From Gonapodya sp. JEL0774 (Eukaryota): a stretch of 64,000 nt of DNA. The notes beneath the pieces were generated by a model. It did no database searches and was not told the DNA's origin. It saw only the letters and a list, made by a program, of their open reading frames with translations. Shown piece by piece: positions 50,385-64,000 of this stretch (positions are counted from its first letter, which is position 1; each line of letters starts with the position of its first letter). The stretch spans positions 1-64,000 of the forward strand of contig JADIIX010000005.1 in NCBI GenBank assembly GCA_027604505.1, written 5' to 3'. The position numbers and the translations under genes are program-made.

Positions 50385-51439
50385 ATCAAACTAACGAAAT
50401 TATTATGTTCAAGAGAGCGTCTGGAACGCACATGATACCCCAAATGAAAATGAATGAGAGACTATTGATGTGGTTGATTCCACGCTCCTACACAAATGAA
50501 TAGTCATCTCCCCATGTCATCCACCGACATTACCCGTAGTTCCCCCCGGGCAACTTTTCATACCGTCGAGTCCCGCAAACATCCACTAACAACCATTTTT
50601 TCGTGGTCTAAAACCGCCTCACCAACCGCTGAGCTGGTTTCCGGGGGGCTGAGTGGCTGGCTGTAATGGTGTTCTTGAATGATAATACTTTGTTTCTTTT
50701 CAGTTGGACTTGACATATTATTGTTTCGCTTTTCGTTTCTCACCATAATGGCGGGGTAAGAACAAGATGAATGAGGAAATATCAAGGGTCGGTGGCTGTT
50801 TGCGTGGGCTGCTGCACGGACTCTAAGTCACCACTTGGCACACAAAATCTGTGTAGCCACTTCTTCAGAGCGCTGTCTGAGGTTCCTTTTAGTCGGTTCC
50901 CTTGGTCAATCTGAAGAGCGACCAATAACTTAAATGACCCTATCGTCGTCTATCCTCAGATGCTGTTCATTGTGTACTCCCTGTGCGTTAGTGTGTTTTT
51001 ATCTGAATCATAGCACAGCGCGCATAGGAAAGAGCCAAGAAGCACGAACAACAGTGATATTGTCCGGGTTTGTTGTACTTACAACCACCAAACGTGTCTT
51101 TTTCTTCCGGCTGTTCTCTGTGCATCGCAGACCTGACGCAAGAATAATTGCCTCGTGGCATATTTGGCACTCCTGGGTCTACAGATGTGACCATGAGTGC
51201 GCCGATGTTGTGTACTGTTCATGCAGAAACTTTCATGCATAACACTTATGAAGAGAACTTCTGGTACGCACACTAAGGAAGAGCAAAATGAATTTGTATG
51301 ATTAATAAGGTGTGACGATTGATAAGCTGGGGAGTCCCCAACTTTCGAATTCAGACAAGCCGAGCTTCCGGTTGGACCTGACGTCACTCTTCGCATCAAA
51401 CCTCAAACTTCTACTGGACACCCAACCTGAAATCACGCG

Positions 51440-54400
51440 ATGATAGATCTCTTTGAGAAGTTGCTTGACGATGAAACCAAGTTCTTACCTCCTTCTGAGC
51501 GTCCCACGTTCGTGCCTCCCGAATTGAATGTTGGAACATACTTAGCGTATCGAATGGAGGAAATGGGATGCATTGATTTCTTTCAAGTGTAAGTACGTAG
51601 GTTTGCTGGATGACTTCAAGACGTTCATTCGATCCCCATCTTAGGCCCGGCGACTTCAATTTTTCGATTCTGGACGAAGTGATCAAGAACAAGAAAGTTC
51701 GAATGATCGGGTGCTGCAACGAGGTACCATTCAATCGCCATTGCACAGACGCTTGCATGATTCTTTCTTAGATTCTCGTTTTAGCTCAATGCCGCTTACG
51801 CTGCAGACGGATACTCACGAGCAAACGGCGGATTGGCATTCCTTTTTGTGACTTTCAATGTGGGCAGTCTTTCATGTATCAATGCCTGTGCGGGCATGTA
51901 TGCTTCTGATTTGCCAGTGGTGATCGTTTCTGGATGGTGAGATGACAAAATCTGAATGTTCACGATGACGTGGCATCATCATGTAACAACCAGATTCTTG
52001 GATTTCTTGGATAGCATGAACACGAAGGACATTTCAATCACTGAACGAGTGCTTCATCACACAACGGTGCGCGATCAACCTTCGTCGTGGGCGTGGCAGA
52101 TGGGAATTGAAACATGATGGGTTTCCCCATTCCTCGGACCAGGGTCTTGCAAACAATAAGGATCAGTCAATGCGCATTTTCACGGAAGTGACATGCCACA
52201 CTGCACGCATTAGTGAGTCCGCCATCAACCCTGGAACCATCACGTTGACATGGAAATTTTTCCGTAGTCAACCCAGAGACTGCTGCCTATCAAATAGATA
52301 TGGCGATACATGCTGCACTGCGGAACCGAAAGCCCGTTTGTGAGTATTAATTGTTTTGCACTTCTTTATTACGCTCTGTCAGTTTATCCTTACCTTTACT
52401 CCCGAAACAAAAGATCTCGAAGTTCCGTATGACATTTCAGAAGCCCCTGTTCTCTCCCCTCGGACTCCTCTACCTCTGCGCATTCCTATGTATCCGATAC
52501 GCTCCAATCCTGTTGCGCTACGAGATGCAGTACTTGCTGCACAGAATAAGTGGGAATCAGCCAGTACGGTGGTGATAGTGATTGGAGGCCGGTGTAAGGA
52601 TGGAAGAGGGGATGGTTGAAGCAGCGATGCAAATTGCGAACGAAGGGAGATGTGCAATCGCAGGTATGCTACTTGTAGGAAAGTGGGGGCAATGAAGCAA
52701 CTACCTTGGTTTCCCACACACTCGTTTGTAACCTTGATCGCCAGTCATGCCAGATGCAAAAGGACTCATCCCAGAGGATCTACCGGAGTTTCTTGGTGAG
52801 TAACAGCGTGGTAACTTGTCTCTCTAATTTGTCGCGTCCACCCGAATGCTGTGATCTAGGAGTGTACTGGGGACCTGTCTCATACCCTCACTCAATTCAA
52901 CCTGCAGTGGAGAATGCGGATCTCATGTGAGTATCAACTTACCTGAACAGTCACTGTACTTCTATTCTTACCGCATTCGATTGTGAACACTTCGTCACTT
53001 GCAAAAAGTATCTGGGTCGGCCCTGTCTTCTCCGATTACTCCACCTGTGGCTTTACCATTCCACCTCCTGGTCCCAAGAGGTGCCTGTGCTTACTTCCGC
53101 ATATTATCTTCATGACTCTCACGCATATCAAACCCCGACTCCAGCATTCTCGTCCACGCTTCACGTGACAGACCCAGCGTTCACGTGCATCCTGCAGACT
53201 ATCACCTTCTGAACGGAGTGACCTTTTTGAAGGCTTTCGGAAAGATGAATCTTTCTCGCCGTGCTGGCAGATTGATTTCTGCGGACGCGCCAGCGCATGG
53301 CAAGATGGCTCGAGTTGAGAGAGATCAAACCAACGAGGGAGACGCTCATTTGACAAGGAAACAATTATATGACGGAATAGAGCGATTGGTAGGAGGCAGA
53401 TACACCGATGCCAAAGACGAATGGGGAATGGTTGTTGAGGTTTGTTGACGAAGACGTGTTGTTCTTACTTGAATCTCACAGAGTTTGCATGATTATGCTC
53501 AAATAATTCTTGTTAGGTCGGTGATTCTTGGTTTTCGGGGCTGGGAGTTTCTCTTCCTCGTGGGACTGGGTGAGTTAGTAATGCTGCACAAGGATCCAAC
53601 AATGTCGGTGACTTTGTCTTCACACCATCGCAACTCCCCCTCCCCTAACCCCTGGATACTTCACCACTACTGCTTTTGGATGGCCTTGGTCACTCTACGC
53701 GTCGAAGTTTCGAGATACAGTTCTTGTATGGGAGCATAGGTAGCTCGATCGCTGCTTGCACACCTCGTGGGGATCTTATTTCGCACCTCATTGTCTCATC
53801 CCACGCAAGGCTGGTCTGTTGGTGCCTTTCTTGGATACTCGCTTGGTCTCCGCAGCCAGTCAACTTCAAGAAGGAAAAGAGCTATTGCGCTAATCGGGGA
53901 TGGAAGTTTCCAGGTTCGCTAGAGATCATTATGAGAGCGAGCCTTATAACGCAGACTTCATTTTTGCATATTACTGGTCATTGCATAGGTTAGCGCTCAC
54001 GAGCTCAGTACCGCGATACGATATGGCGTGGATGGTGTGATAATTATTGTGAACAATGGAGTGAGTGAGTCCTGCGAGGATCTGGCTCCACCTGGTTTTG
54101 ATCAGTTTCTGAAACCGTCTTGCAATATGCGGTACAGGGGTACGCGATTGAAGATCAGTTGCACGAGTGAGTTACTTTCAAGTTTTTCCGACGTGGTTGT
54201 TGCGAATCCACACAAACCGTTCTTTCGGCTCTGTTTGCTTACATCTCAACGGTTCTTTGATTATGATGTCAAGTGGGCCATACAATCGGATTCAGGTATA
54301 TTCGTGCTGGTCCCGACCTTTAGTGGTACAGAGCCTAACTTTGCACCACACTCATCGTATGGTAAGAACTGGCGCTTCGCCGATCTTGTCCCCATATTCG

Positions 54401-54845
54401 CTGGAGCTCCAGGCTCACAAGACCCCGGCCACGCCTGGTCCGCTCGCTGTACAACACGAGCGGAGCTTGAGACTGCATTTGAGCGGGCTGGACGCGGGGA
54501 GGGGTTGCCGGTGATTGAAGTGGGTGACGATCGGGAAGCGGAAAGTTTTTTGGAGAGGGAGTAACATTAACACTGATGCTTTTCGGTACTTCAGGCAGTC
54601 ATTGCGACCAATGATGTCACGAAGGAGCTGCAGGTGTGGGGTGGAAAAGTGAGTGTGACAGAAGTTACATACCGTACTTGCTTCTTGGTTGAAATCCACC
54701 TAAATGCATTGAAATCGTTGAATCGCAAATACTAACCCTGTGTCCTCGGTTTTCAATCTCACTTCCCTGTTCTGATCGGTTTATCAAACAATCCGTGTCG
54801 ATCATTCACAACCAGGTTGGCGCTTACACTAAGAGAAAGTATTGA
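51440..54845 (+). CDS. PDC: Pyruvate decarboxylase (TPP-dependent), many small exons
   Basis: Motifs VGTYLAYRMEE, PGDFNFSILD, IGCCNE/LNAAYAADGY, TFNVGSLS, GPVFSDYSTCG, QFLYGSIG, IALIGDGSFQ, IIIVNN. Confidence 0.92.
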
Positions 54846-55179
54846 CCCAACTCTTTGCGCACAAGGTCTGAGACTAAGAGATGCAGTGAAAGAACCATGT
54901 ATATCACACCCCCGGGAACACGGAATTGCTCTTATTTCGAACTGCGGCTATGAAGAAACTTACAAGATTTGCAAATGCATTTCTAGATATATATGATCTT
55001 GATTTCTACTGGGAATTTGAGCACATCACAAGTCCATGTCAAATCGAGTCTTTTCTCTTTCGGATTTTGACCAAAGCCCGCAGGTGGAGCAATGAGCTCT
55101 CCCTTCCATCCACGCGCGAGTTGACTGTGCGAGTAATCCCGATATACCACCCGTTGCGAGTTCAGGAGGCCCATCTGGG

Positions 55180-58100
55180 ATGAAATCTTCGCAATCAGGG
55201 CATAAGAAATCGGGGGGCAGTGGTATTGCCAAGACTGAAACATCTGCGACTGTTTCGTCGCGATCGGATGGGGCAGAAGCGGGAGAGGGCGCGAGCACCA
55301 GCGACGGAAAGAAAAAACCATCAAAAAGGACGGATGCCAAGCAATCCAGCTCCCGGCGAGAAGGTGTCGACATGGACTTGGACGTGAACGATTCTTCTCA
55401 ATCTCGACATTTGCACGACCGACGAACACCCCTTTACACGTTCGAAACCTTGCAAAGACAAGACAGAGCGATAAATCCCTCCCCCTCTGAACCCGAGTGT
55501 CCCGATTTCACAGACCTCTCCGCACCCCATATCGAATCATTCGACGCAATTTTCCAGATGCCTGGCGAGCCCGATGGCGTTGGACTCATCAATTATGCTC
55601 TGCATGACGTTTCTAAGAGAGTTTTTTATGACGGGTTTGGCGTTCTCGACGATAAGGCTGGAGCGGCTCCCAAAAGCTTCAGAAAGGACGATCCGAAGAG
55701 CAGGAGAGAGGCTCTTGGCAACAAGCTTGAAAGTGAGTTGCTATATCTAAATCGGAAATTTTATACGATACTGTGATTTGTTGGGAATCCGTTTTGCGGA
55801 ATTGCCGTTTGGTCGTGATCTTTGGGAGCTGTATTGCCGCTCGGTCTTTCTTGAGCGATCCTCCAAAAATGCAGATGTACTCCAATCATTTAAGTTAAAT
55901 GTCGCGCGTCCTGACCTTTTCCGAACTTTCGACCTAACCTTATCCTCCCAGTCTGGTTTTCCGACCTCCGTCTCTCCCGCCCCACCCTTCCCGACTCCTC
56001 ACTCTCTTCCACACCTCAACTTTACCCCTCCGAATGTCGTGAGCGTGGAGTATCGTACAAAGGACGGATGCAGGTTAAGGTGGCGTGGAGGGTAAATGGT
56101 GGGACAGTAAATGAGGTATGGCGAGAGGGAGGGGGAATGCCCGTAATGGTAAAGGTGAGTCTGAAATGATGGGAGAGATGAATGATCCGGAGGAGTTGGA
56201 ATTGTGTGGTGTGAAGGTGAAATGTATGTGTTGAGTCAATCCAATGGTAACAGAGGCGGCATGATGTCTCCTTCACGCTAAGGAAACATCTATCCTTGAA
56301 GGCAAGGCAGTGGGGAATGGCGATGCATGCTAAAGATTCCCTGGTTGTCGGGGTTGCCGCATGATGGAAAGCTGTGTTGACCGCCCGACACCTTAGTCCA
56401 CGAAATGCAACCTCCACTCCCTCCCTCCCACCAAACTCATCCAACGACACGAAGATCCTACCGATCTTGGCGCTGTCTTTCTTGTCAACGGCATTGAACG
56501 TCTCATCCGGCTACTCATAGTGCCACGACGAAACTTCCCAACTGCCATTATTCGACCCTCTTTTGCGAAGAGGGGCGACCGATACTCGCACTTCGGAGTG
56601 CAAACCCGTCTGGTGCGACGTGACGAAACCGCCCAATCCATCACACTGCACTACTTGGATGATGGTGGCGTTACATTGAGGTTCTCCTGGAGGAAGCAAG
56701 AATACGTGGTTCCCGTAGTCATGATTCTGCGGGCGCTCGTGCAGTGCTCGGATAGGGACTTGATGGAAAAAATCTCTGGGCCAGCGAAGAGGGGAGAAAC
56801 TGCGGCTGCTCCCTCACAACGAAAGGGTGCAGACTCGGATACAGATATGGGTTCTGACTCAGACGATGATGCCAATGCTGCCGTCGACCGCGGTGACTCC
56901 GACCCTCTTGCAACACATGCTGAGCTTCTTCTTCGCGCGTGGCGATCGACACCTTACAGTTCCTCTTGTCATACCCAGGCGCAGTGTGTTAGATTTTTGG
57001 GTGAGCGATTCCACGTCGCTATGGGCAGCGACCCTGGTGCGACTGACCAGGAGGTCGGGGAAGAGGTCCTTAGAAGGGTATTGGTTTGTGCGACTGAGGA
57101 GGAAAAAGCGGAGAGATTTGAGGGGATTGTGTGAGTTGAAAGCGGTGTGCACTTCGAATGATGCTTCGTTAGAAACCGCAATACCAAAAGCTATCGTATT
57201 CTCTTTTTTCGTTCTAATGCCATGGCGACTATTATACCACAATGAAGTCTCGCCCTTCAGAAACTCTTCCTTCTTGTGACTGGTCGTATTAGTCAGGACA
57301 ACCCTGACTCCCCAGCGAACCAAGAACTTCTCCTCGGCGGGTTCCTGTACGGAGCTATCCTCAAGGAGAAGCTTGGCGACTGGCTGGATGCAATTGGATT
57401 GCAAGTATCCGCGGATCGGAGAGCCAAACTGAGGACTCCAGTCAATTTCGAGGACGGTGAGTTGCACATAAAATCCAGTGATAGAGTGGATTTATCAAGT
57501 GAATGCACCACTCCCATCCGATATTGTAGGCAAGTACATGTCCCGCCTCCTCGCTCGCCCTTCGTCTGACTTTGGGAAGAAGCTCGAGTACTTCCTGGCC
57601 ACTGGAAACTTGGTGTCAAACAGTGGTCTCGACCTTCCTCAAACCTCTGGCTTTACCGTTGTTGCCGAACGCCTTAATCATTTGCGATACCTTTCGCACT
57701 TCCGATCGGTTCATCGTGGAGCTTTCTTTGCCGAACTCAAGACCACAACTGTCCGGAAGCTCGTGCCAGAGGCTTGGGGCTTCCTGTGCCCGGTCCACAC
57801 TCCTGACGGAGCGCCCTGTGGACTGCTGAACCACCTGGCGCACAAGTGTCAAGTGGTGACACGATGGGTTGACAAGGGTGCGATAGAGCGGGCGGTAGCT
57901 GAACTTGGTGTTCGTCGAACAGCGGTATTAGAACCGGCCGATCCCAAGGTTACTGTTCCTGTGTGCTTGGACGGTAAAGTGCTTGGAAGAGTGATGCACG
58001 AGCGGGCAGTGAGAGTTCGCGATGCTCTGAGGTTCTGGAAGGTCACCCGGCAAAGGGGAGTGCCCCTGGACCTGGAACTGGCGCTTGTTCCGCCATCGGA

Positions 58101-60214
58101 CAGAGGTCAGATGCCTGGTCTGTGGATGTTCTCCAGCCCAGCGCGCATGGTGCGACCAGTGAGGTATCTAGGCCTGACGCGCCCCGACCCCAACACTGGA
58201 AAGCGGGTGCCTGTGGGCGAAGAGGACCCGTCACTTGACTTGATCGGCACTTTTGAGCAAGTGTACATGGACGTGGCGTGCCTCCCAAGGGATGTTGTAC
58301 CAGGGGTCACTACCCACATTGACTATTCACCCACTGATATGCTTAGTGTCGTGGCGAATATGACCCCATTCAGTGACTTTAACCAGAGTCCTAGGAACAT
58401 GTACCAGTGTCAGGTGAGTTTGTGCTGCTTTTAAAGATATTTGTATGCCTCCTGGTATCCTTATCTGCTCCTTTTCGCTTGCGCCAAACAGATGGGGAAA
58501 CAGACAATGGGTACCCCGTCCCTCAACCTTGGATACCGAACTGACAACAAGCTGTATCGTCTCTACTCTGGCCAATCCCCTATTGTTCGGCCGAAGCTCT
58601 TCGATAAATACGATATGGACTCGTATCCCAATGGAACCAATGCAGTTGTGGCTGGTGTGTTGATGGTGGGGGATAAATCGATCAAATGCTGGCCGTAAAA
58701 TCTGCACGTTTTTCTCTCCAATCTTTTTTTTTAGTGATATCCTACACCGGTTATGATATGGAAGATGCCATGATCATCTGTAAAGGCGCACACGACCGCG
58801 GATTCGGCCACGGTGTGATCTACAAGTCCGAGTTCATCGATCTTGCTGTCGAAGCTGGCGGGCAACGGCGAGGTAGCCTTTCTTCTAAAGGCATTCCGTT
58901 CCATTTTGGCGTGTCGGGTGGCGTTCCGGGAGCGGGCAAGAGAGGCTCAGTGGATCCCAAGGTCATGGGTGTGCTGGACGTGGACGGATTACCACACATT
59001 GGGACTAAGCTCACGAGCGGAGACCCGTACTATGCATACGTTGACGAAACTACGGGCGTGGTGAAAGTGGTGCGGTACAAGTATATGGAGGATGCGTATG
59101 TGGACGAAGTGCGAGTGTTGGGTGACGAGACTGGCAAAGCACCGCTTACACGAGTCCATATTAAACTGCGGATACCCCGACAACCTATCACGGGAGACAA
59201 GTTTTCGTCGCGGCACGGGCAAAAAGGAGTCATGTCACAAAAGTACCCTCAAGTGGATATGCCCTTTAGCGAGAGCGGTATCGTCCCAGACGTCATCATC
59301 AATCCCCACGCGTTCCCCAGTCGAATGACCATCGGGATGTTTGTGGAGAGTCTGGCGGGTAAAGCCGGTGCTATGCACGGCATTGCGCAGGACGGGACGC
59401 CGTTTGTGTTTGGGGAGGAAATAGACGGCGAGGACAAGAGCAAGGTGCACAAGTTGAGCGCCGCGGATTACTTTGGGGAGCAGTTGGTCAAATCGGGGTA
59501 CAATTATCACGGGAATGAGCCCATGTACAGTGGTATAACGGGGAAGGAGTTCAAGGCTGATATTTACATTGGGGTGAGTCACGAGGTGCCCAGCGAGTTT
59601 TCTGATATCTGTTTTCGAACATTTTGTGACTTTGTTGTATCACGTGACTCTCGAATTGAAACTGGAATCCAGGTCGTGTACTACCAGCGACTTCGTCACA
59701 TGGTGTCTGACAAGTACCAAGTGCGCACAGTGGGTCCCGTTCATAACCTCACGCAACAACCCGTCAAAGGACGAAAGAGAGCCGGCGGTATCCGATTCGG
59801 GGAGATGGAACGGGATTCGCTGTTGGCGCATGGTACGAGTTTCTTGCTGCAGGACCGGTTGATGAACTGCTCGGATTATTCGCAGGTGAGTTGAGTGGGT
59901 GATTCCACCCAGAGAGACCAAGAGCGAGAGAAGACTGCTTACTCATTATTCCGTTTTATTTACTCGACTGGTTACCCCTGTGCCTTTTACTGTGGTTTGT
60001 TTAGTCGTACATTTGCAAAACTTGCGGATCCATTCTCACACCGTCACCTCACCCACCAAGCACCATGGTGACCTCGCGGCGGGAGCGAGTAACATGTGGT
60101 GTCTGCCAGTCTTCCAAGGGAATCGATACTGTCGCGATACCATACGTGTTTCGGTATTTGGCCACCGAGTTGCTTGCCATGAACATCAAGCTCACACTTG
60201 AGACGAAAGCATAA
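55180..60214 (+). CDS. RPA135: RNA polymerase I second-largest subunit
   Basis: Motifs [95 protein letters not shown]. Confidence 0.97.
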
Positions 60215-60801
60215 ACATAGCATATATTTAAAAGTAACATTGACTTCAAATATCCATTTTTGATGAATATACCCAGCTTTCGGAGAACTTCCTCATTTGG
60301 ATTCATTCAAAGTATATATGTATTTCCGCCAGACAAACTGAAACACGAGCAATTTGTAACGTACATTGCCAATTGCATATCGCCTACTCCCAAAAGTTAA
60401 AGCGAACACAATGTTCAAGCGATATGGATGCAGTTGGGAATTCGGGATGATCTTTTCGTGGAATCGACCATGGCGTCCCTGTGGCGTTGGATTCCCGCTC
60501 AAAGTCCACAAAATAACGCACTGGTCGCGGTTCACACGCCTGCTTAGGCGGCAGCCATAATACATCAAATTTAACAAGACCGCCCTACGTGTGTTTTCTT
60601 TCCAGTTGTCCTTGGCTGTTTAATTAGTTTTGTTTCGTTGGGCCTGTGCTTGTTTTGTGGTGAGAGGCGCGATCACAGAGAGGCGACCCAGACCAACCTG
60701 AACGGCTGGTCCATTCTTCTGTTGAACTTGCTTCCACATTCCTACGTGAAAACCACGATTCTTCCACAAAGGAGGAAAGATTCAAGCGGGATTTCGCGAA
60801 C

Positions 60802-62329
60802 ATGGACAACGTGCAGCCCGAATCTTTGCTTAAGGCGATGGACAGAGTCAGACGGCATTTCGTGAAGGAACTCTTCGATTTACACCTCCTTTACCCGGCT
60901 GACCTGGCCCAGCGCTCGCTCAAAGTTAGCGAAACCCTTCATGGCATTCTCTTAGACAGTAGGACAGAGGTTGCCCAGGAGCGTGAGCAGGTGTCGACGA
61001 TCTTGTCCGTAATCTCTCAGATAAACCTAGAGCAGTCAACCAACGTCAACGTCCACATCCATTTGACCATTCATCGTCTCCTCGGTGACTTTGAAAGCTT
61101 TCGTACCAATTTCCTGCTCGCAATGACCAAAAGCTCCAAGAACATCGCCTCCGCCATCGCCGGTGACCAGGACTTGCGCTCTCGTTTTCGATCCGTTTTA
61201 TGCGCTCTGGATCAGGATTATGTGCGAACTGTAAAAGAGCTTGCGAGCTATTTGTTGGACGAGCTCTCGCTCCGGGATCCTGCTGAAAGCAGTGCAGGGT
61301 TCTCACCACCCATCACGTACGCTTACACAACTACACCAGTTCCTTCACCACCTGCAATGTATACAACAAGTTCAGTACCCTCTCCGCCATCAATGTACGC
61401 CACATCGACTGCTCCAACTCCTCCTGTCATCTATTCCACATCTGTGCCGACCGATTCCTACGTCGTCTATTCCGGCGAATGGCCTGCAAGTGAGATTATT
61501 GCAAGTTTTTTACGTCCAACGTCTGTTTGTTCATCTCCCTGCTTTTTTTTAAAAAAATTCGTGCATTTGTCTCCCTTGATCTCAACCATATCCGAAGCGG
61601 TCCCTAACGCTGTCGCAGCACAGATGCCGCAACAATACGTCAATACGCCCGCATCCCAAAACACTCACACTCAAGCTCTCGTTATCACGGTTCCAACAAC
61701 TGCACCTGTCACTCAGTGAGTGGAAGACATGTCATTGTTACGTCCGAACTGTGTGCATCGAGAACTTCACAAACACTATGATGCCAGATACTCCGCACAA
61801 TCCATTACCCACCAACGATACCCCTCTGATTTTTACAAGATCCAGGAGCCACAGTACATTGTGGACCAGCAATATGCCCACGAACCTCACTACATTATTA
61901 CTCACTCCCCCCCAGCACCAGTCACTCACAACCACACTCAGCCGCCGCAGCACCACCAACACCAGCCGCCGCAGCAGCCGCGCACACAGCAACCGCAACA
62001 ACAGCAGCCACAATGCCAGCAACAAAACGGAACAGGAACCGGACCACAAAATCTGCCCATTCACAGAGCCAGCAGCCATAAATCCATCAACAAGAGCTGT
62101 GGGGAATGCGGTACAACTTCCTCGCCAGAATGGCGTACCGGTCCCGGTGGTACAAAGTGGGCCTATCACTTGGATAAATTTTGCTGTCAGATCTCACTGA
62201 CTTGTGACTTGTCGTGCCTTTCCCTTCCACAGGCTTTGCAACGCGTGCGGCCTCCGCTTCCGTCGGCGCAACCAGACCGTATCCCAAAAAAGCACTTCTG
62301 AGAACCGTACTGTTGGAACTGCCGCATAA
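60802..62329 (+). CDS. GATA zinc-finger protein with an uncharacterised N-terminal helical domain (paralog B)
   Basis: CGECGTTSSPEWRTGPGGTK spliced to LCNACGLRFRRRNQ, a Q/H/P-rich linker, and an N-terminus homologous to paralog A. Confidence 0.85.
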
Positions 62330-62803
62330 CTGTAACAGCAATGGTCTGGATTCCAAGGGAGGAAAGCATTCGCACAAGGGGTGATGGGGACAAGAACCAA
62401 AAATACCACTCATGCTGTTACATTGAGCACAATTCAATCACAGCAGCCACTTTTTACCTACACAGTTCTTCTTTATACCGTTTTTGCCTCTTTGCAAATG
62501 GGGATGACGTACCTGTACTGTAGAGCTTCCACTAACAAAGACTCAGTTGCATGTTTAAAACCTTCCCTGCTGTTGACACAATCTCAAATCAATCGCCAAT
62601 CAACTAGAATGAGTTTTGCACATACATAAGAGACCAGTGCTATACATATATACACCTGAATGCCATTGAGTACAAAATTACGCGGTCGAAAAAGAGATAT
62701 GATGAATGGTAACAACCAAAGAATTGGACGCACTAAACGCTTTGATCAAAGAGCAGGACATGTATCTGAGTCCTCTGACATGCAATGGCTCCCACTCATC
62801 ATG

Positions 62804-64000
62804 TCATCGTAACTCTCCTGCACCTTCCTCCGCTTTCTCCACGTCCAATCCCTCTCCAAACCCTGTGAGCTTTGCTTCCACCCAGCCAACAACTTCTTCC
62901 ACGAGTCCCTCCCTCAAACCAATCATATCCGCCCTGAGAGAGTCGAGGAGCTTACGGAGGCGGGTAGGGGAGTCAGGGTCAGAAGGCCGGAACGGGTGGG
63001 AAAGTGGAACGTGGCTTGAAACAGAAATTGAGGAGAGTGAACTCGAAATCGTTTGCAATGGCTACAATCGAAACTCACTGTGGGTCCTTCTTGGCCTCCT
63101 CCACCACGCCTTCTATTTGCCTCTTAACCTCTTCCCAAGTCGCATGTACAACCCGCGCACTCGCATCTCCGTTGTTCGCATCTCTAAACTGGGCATGTTC
63201 GGTCTCTTCAAAGCCCTCCCCGACAACTTCCCAACTCATCCCATAGGGTACTCGTCCGTTTCCTCCGGGTAACCACTGATCGAGTCCCACATGAAACACC
63301 CCCCACTTGCTTCCTGCACCGTGACCTCCGTAAGGACTCACAATCACACCAACAAATGGTTCAACATCTCTGCTGCCGGCTTTGACACCTCCTACTTCGG
63401 AGGAAGCCTCAATACAACTAGACCTCCGAAATAGTGCTTGGTACCCGCCCTGTGTAGCGACATCCCTGCCACTGGGCTTCGCCTCAAACGTGGGATGGGA
63501 ATGGTACCATCCCACAACAGCCAATCCCCGTTCAGAGAAAGACTTTCTTGCCGCAAGTTCCGAAAGCGGATCGATTTCGCAGTGGACCGGAGAGGAAGAG
63601 AGGGCTTGACACGGGCGAGCAAGGCGGAGGTGTATGGATGGAGGGCAGCTTGTGGGCAGAAAGTGACCAGCGATGAGACCGAGAGACTCGTGGTGAGAAA
63701 GATGAGCATGGAGATTCATTAAAAGCTTCAACAAAATTAATCGGAATGTTGAATAGTCGGCCAGAGAGAGATGATGGCTTTCCTGTAAGCCCACAAATGA
63801 ATCTCACCTTCACCCCCACATCCACTGTTAGCTTAAACGGTGCGTTCCTTCCGTAGCTTGAAACATCCATCAGCCCCAAATCCTCCTCTCCGTATCCTTT
63901 CCGACCCAAACTGCTCCAATCCACTTTCCATCGTTTCCTCTCCCCCACTTTCATGCCCTTCCTCTTTTTCCTCTTCCTCCTCTCAAATCTTTCCAGAGCC
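62804..64000 (-). CDS. MPN+/JAMM metallo-isopeptidase (MPND/MYSM1-like), 5' part beyond window end
   Basis: Motifs MNLHAHLSHHESLGLIAG, EIDPLSE, VVGWYHSHPTFEAKPSGRDVATQ, PFVGVIVSPY. Confidence 0.85.

Noticed and set aside
50558..51300. Small gene between the CHASE gene and PDC
   Set aside because: Splice-like signals exist, but no consistent reading frame could be built on either strand.
38000..55000. OAS/cGAS-like synthetase partner for the RNase L-like gene
   Set aside because: No nucleotidyltransferase GS...DxD signature seen in the neighbouring genes. Any activator must be encoded elsewhere.
62706..63272. 188-aa plus-strand ORF
   Set aside because: It overlaps the 3' exons of the MPN/JAMM gene on the opposite strand.

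Overview
Gene-dense, intron-rich eukaryotic nuclear DNA. Short GT-AG introns, CTAAC-type branch points and the gene content suggest an early-diverging, chytrid-like fungus (inference). About 20 spliced protein genes can be read, including RPP1, MRM2, CCP1, TGL2-like lipase, Maf, eIF2B-epsilon, pyruvate decarboxylase, RPA135, an MFS transporter, an F-box protein, a thioesterase, a C2H2 factor and a JAMM/MPN protein. There are also two identical inverted tRNA-Asn genes and several transposon islands (Kolobok/Mutator-like, IS630/Tc1-like, LTR-like), some CpG-depleted. The standout is a cytosolic ankyrin-repeat + IRE1-type pseudokinase + KEN ribonuclease gene (43638-47304, minus). This is the RNase L domain architecture, and its catalytic His appears to sit on a 9-nt microexon. 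Other notable items: an adjacent SRA/PUA-like putative modified-base reader, two paralogous GATA factors sharing an unrecognised N-terminal helical domain, a CHASE sensor with no output domain, an LRR-TM-SH3 receptor, and a U1:C72 mismatch in both tRNAs. Gene boundaries were reconstructed by eye and are approximate. No database searches were run.
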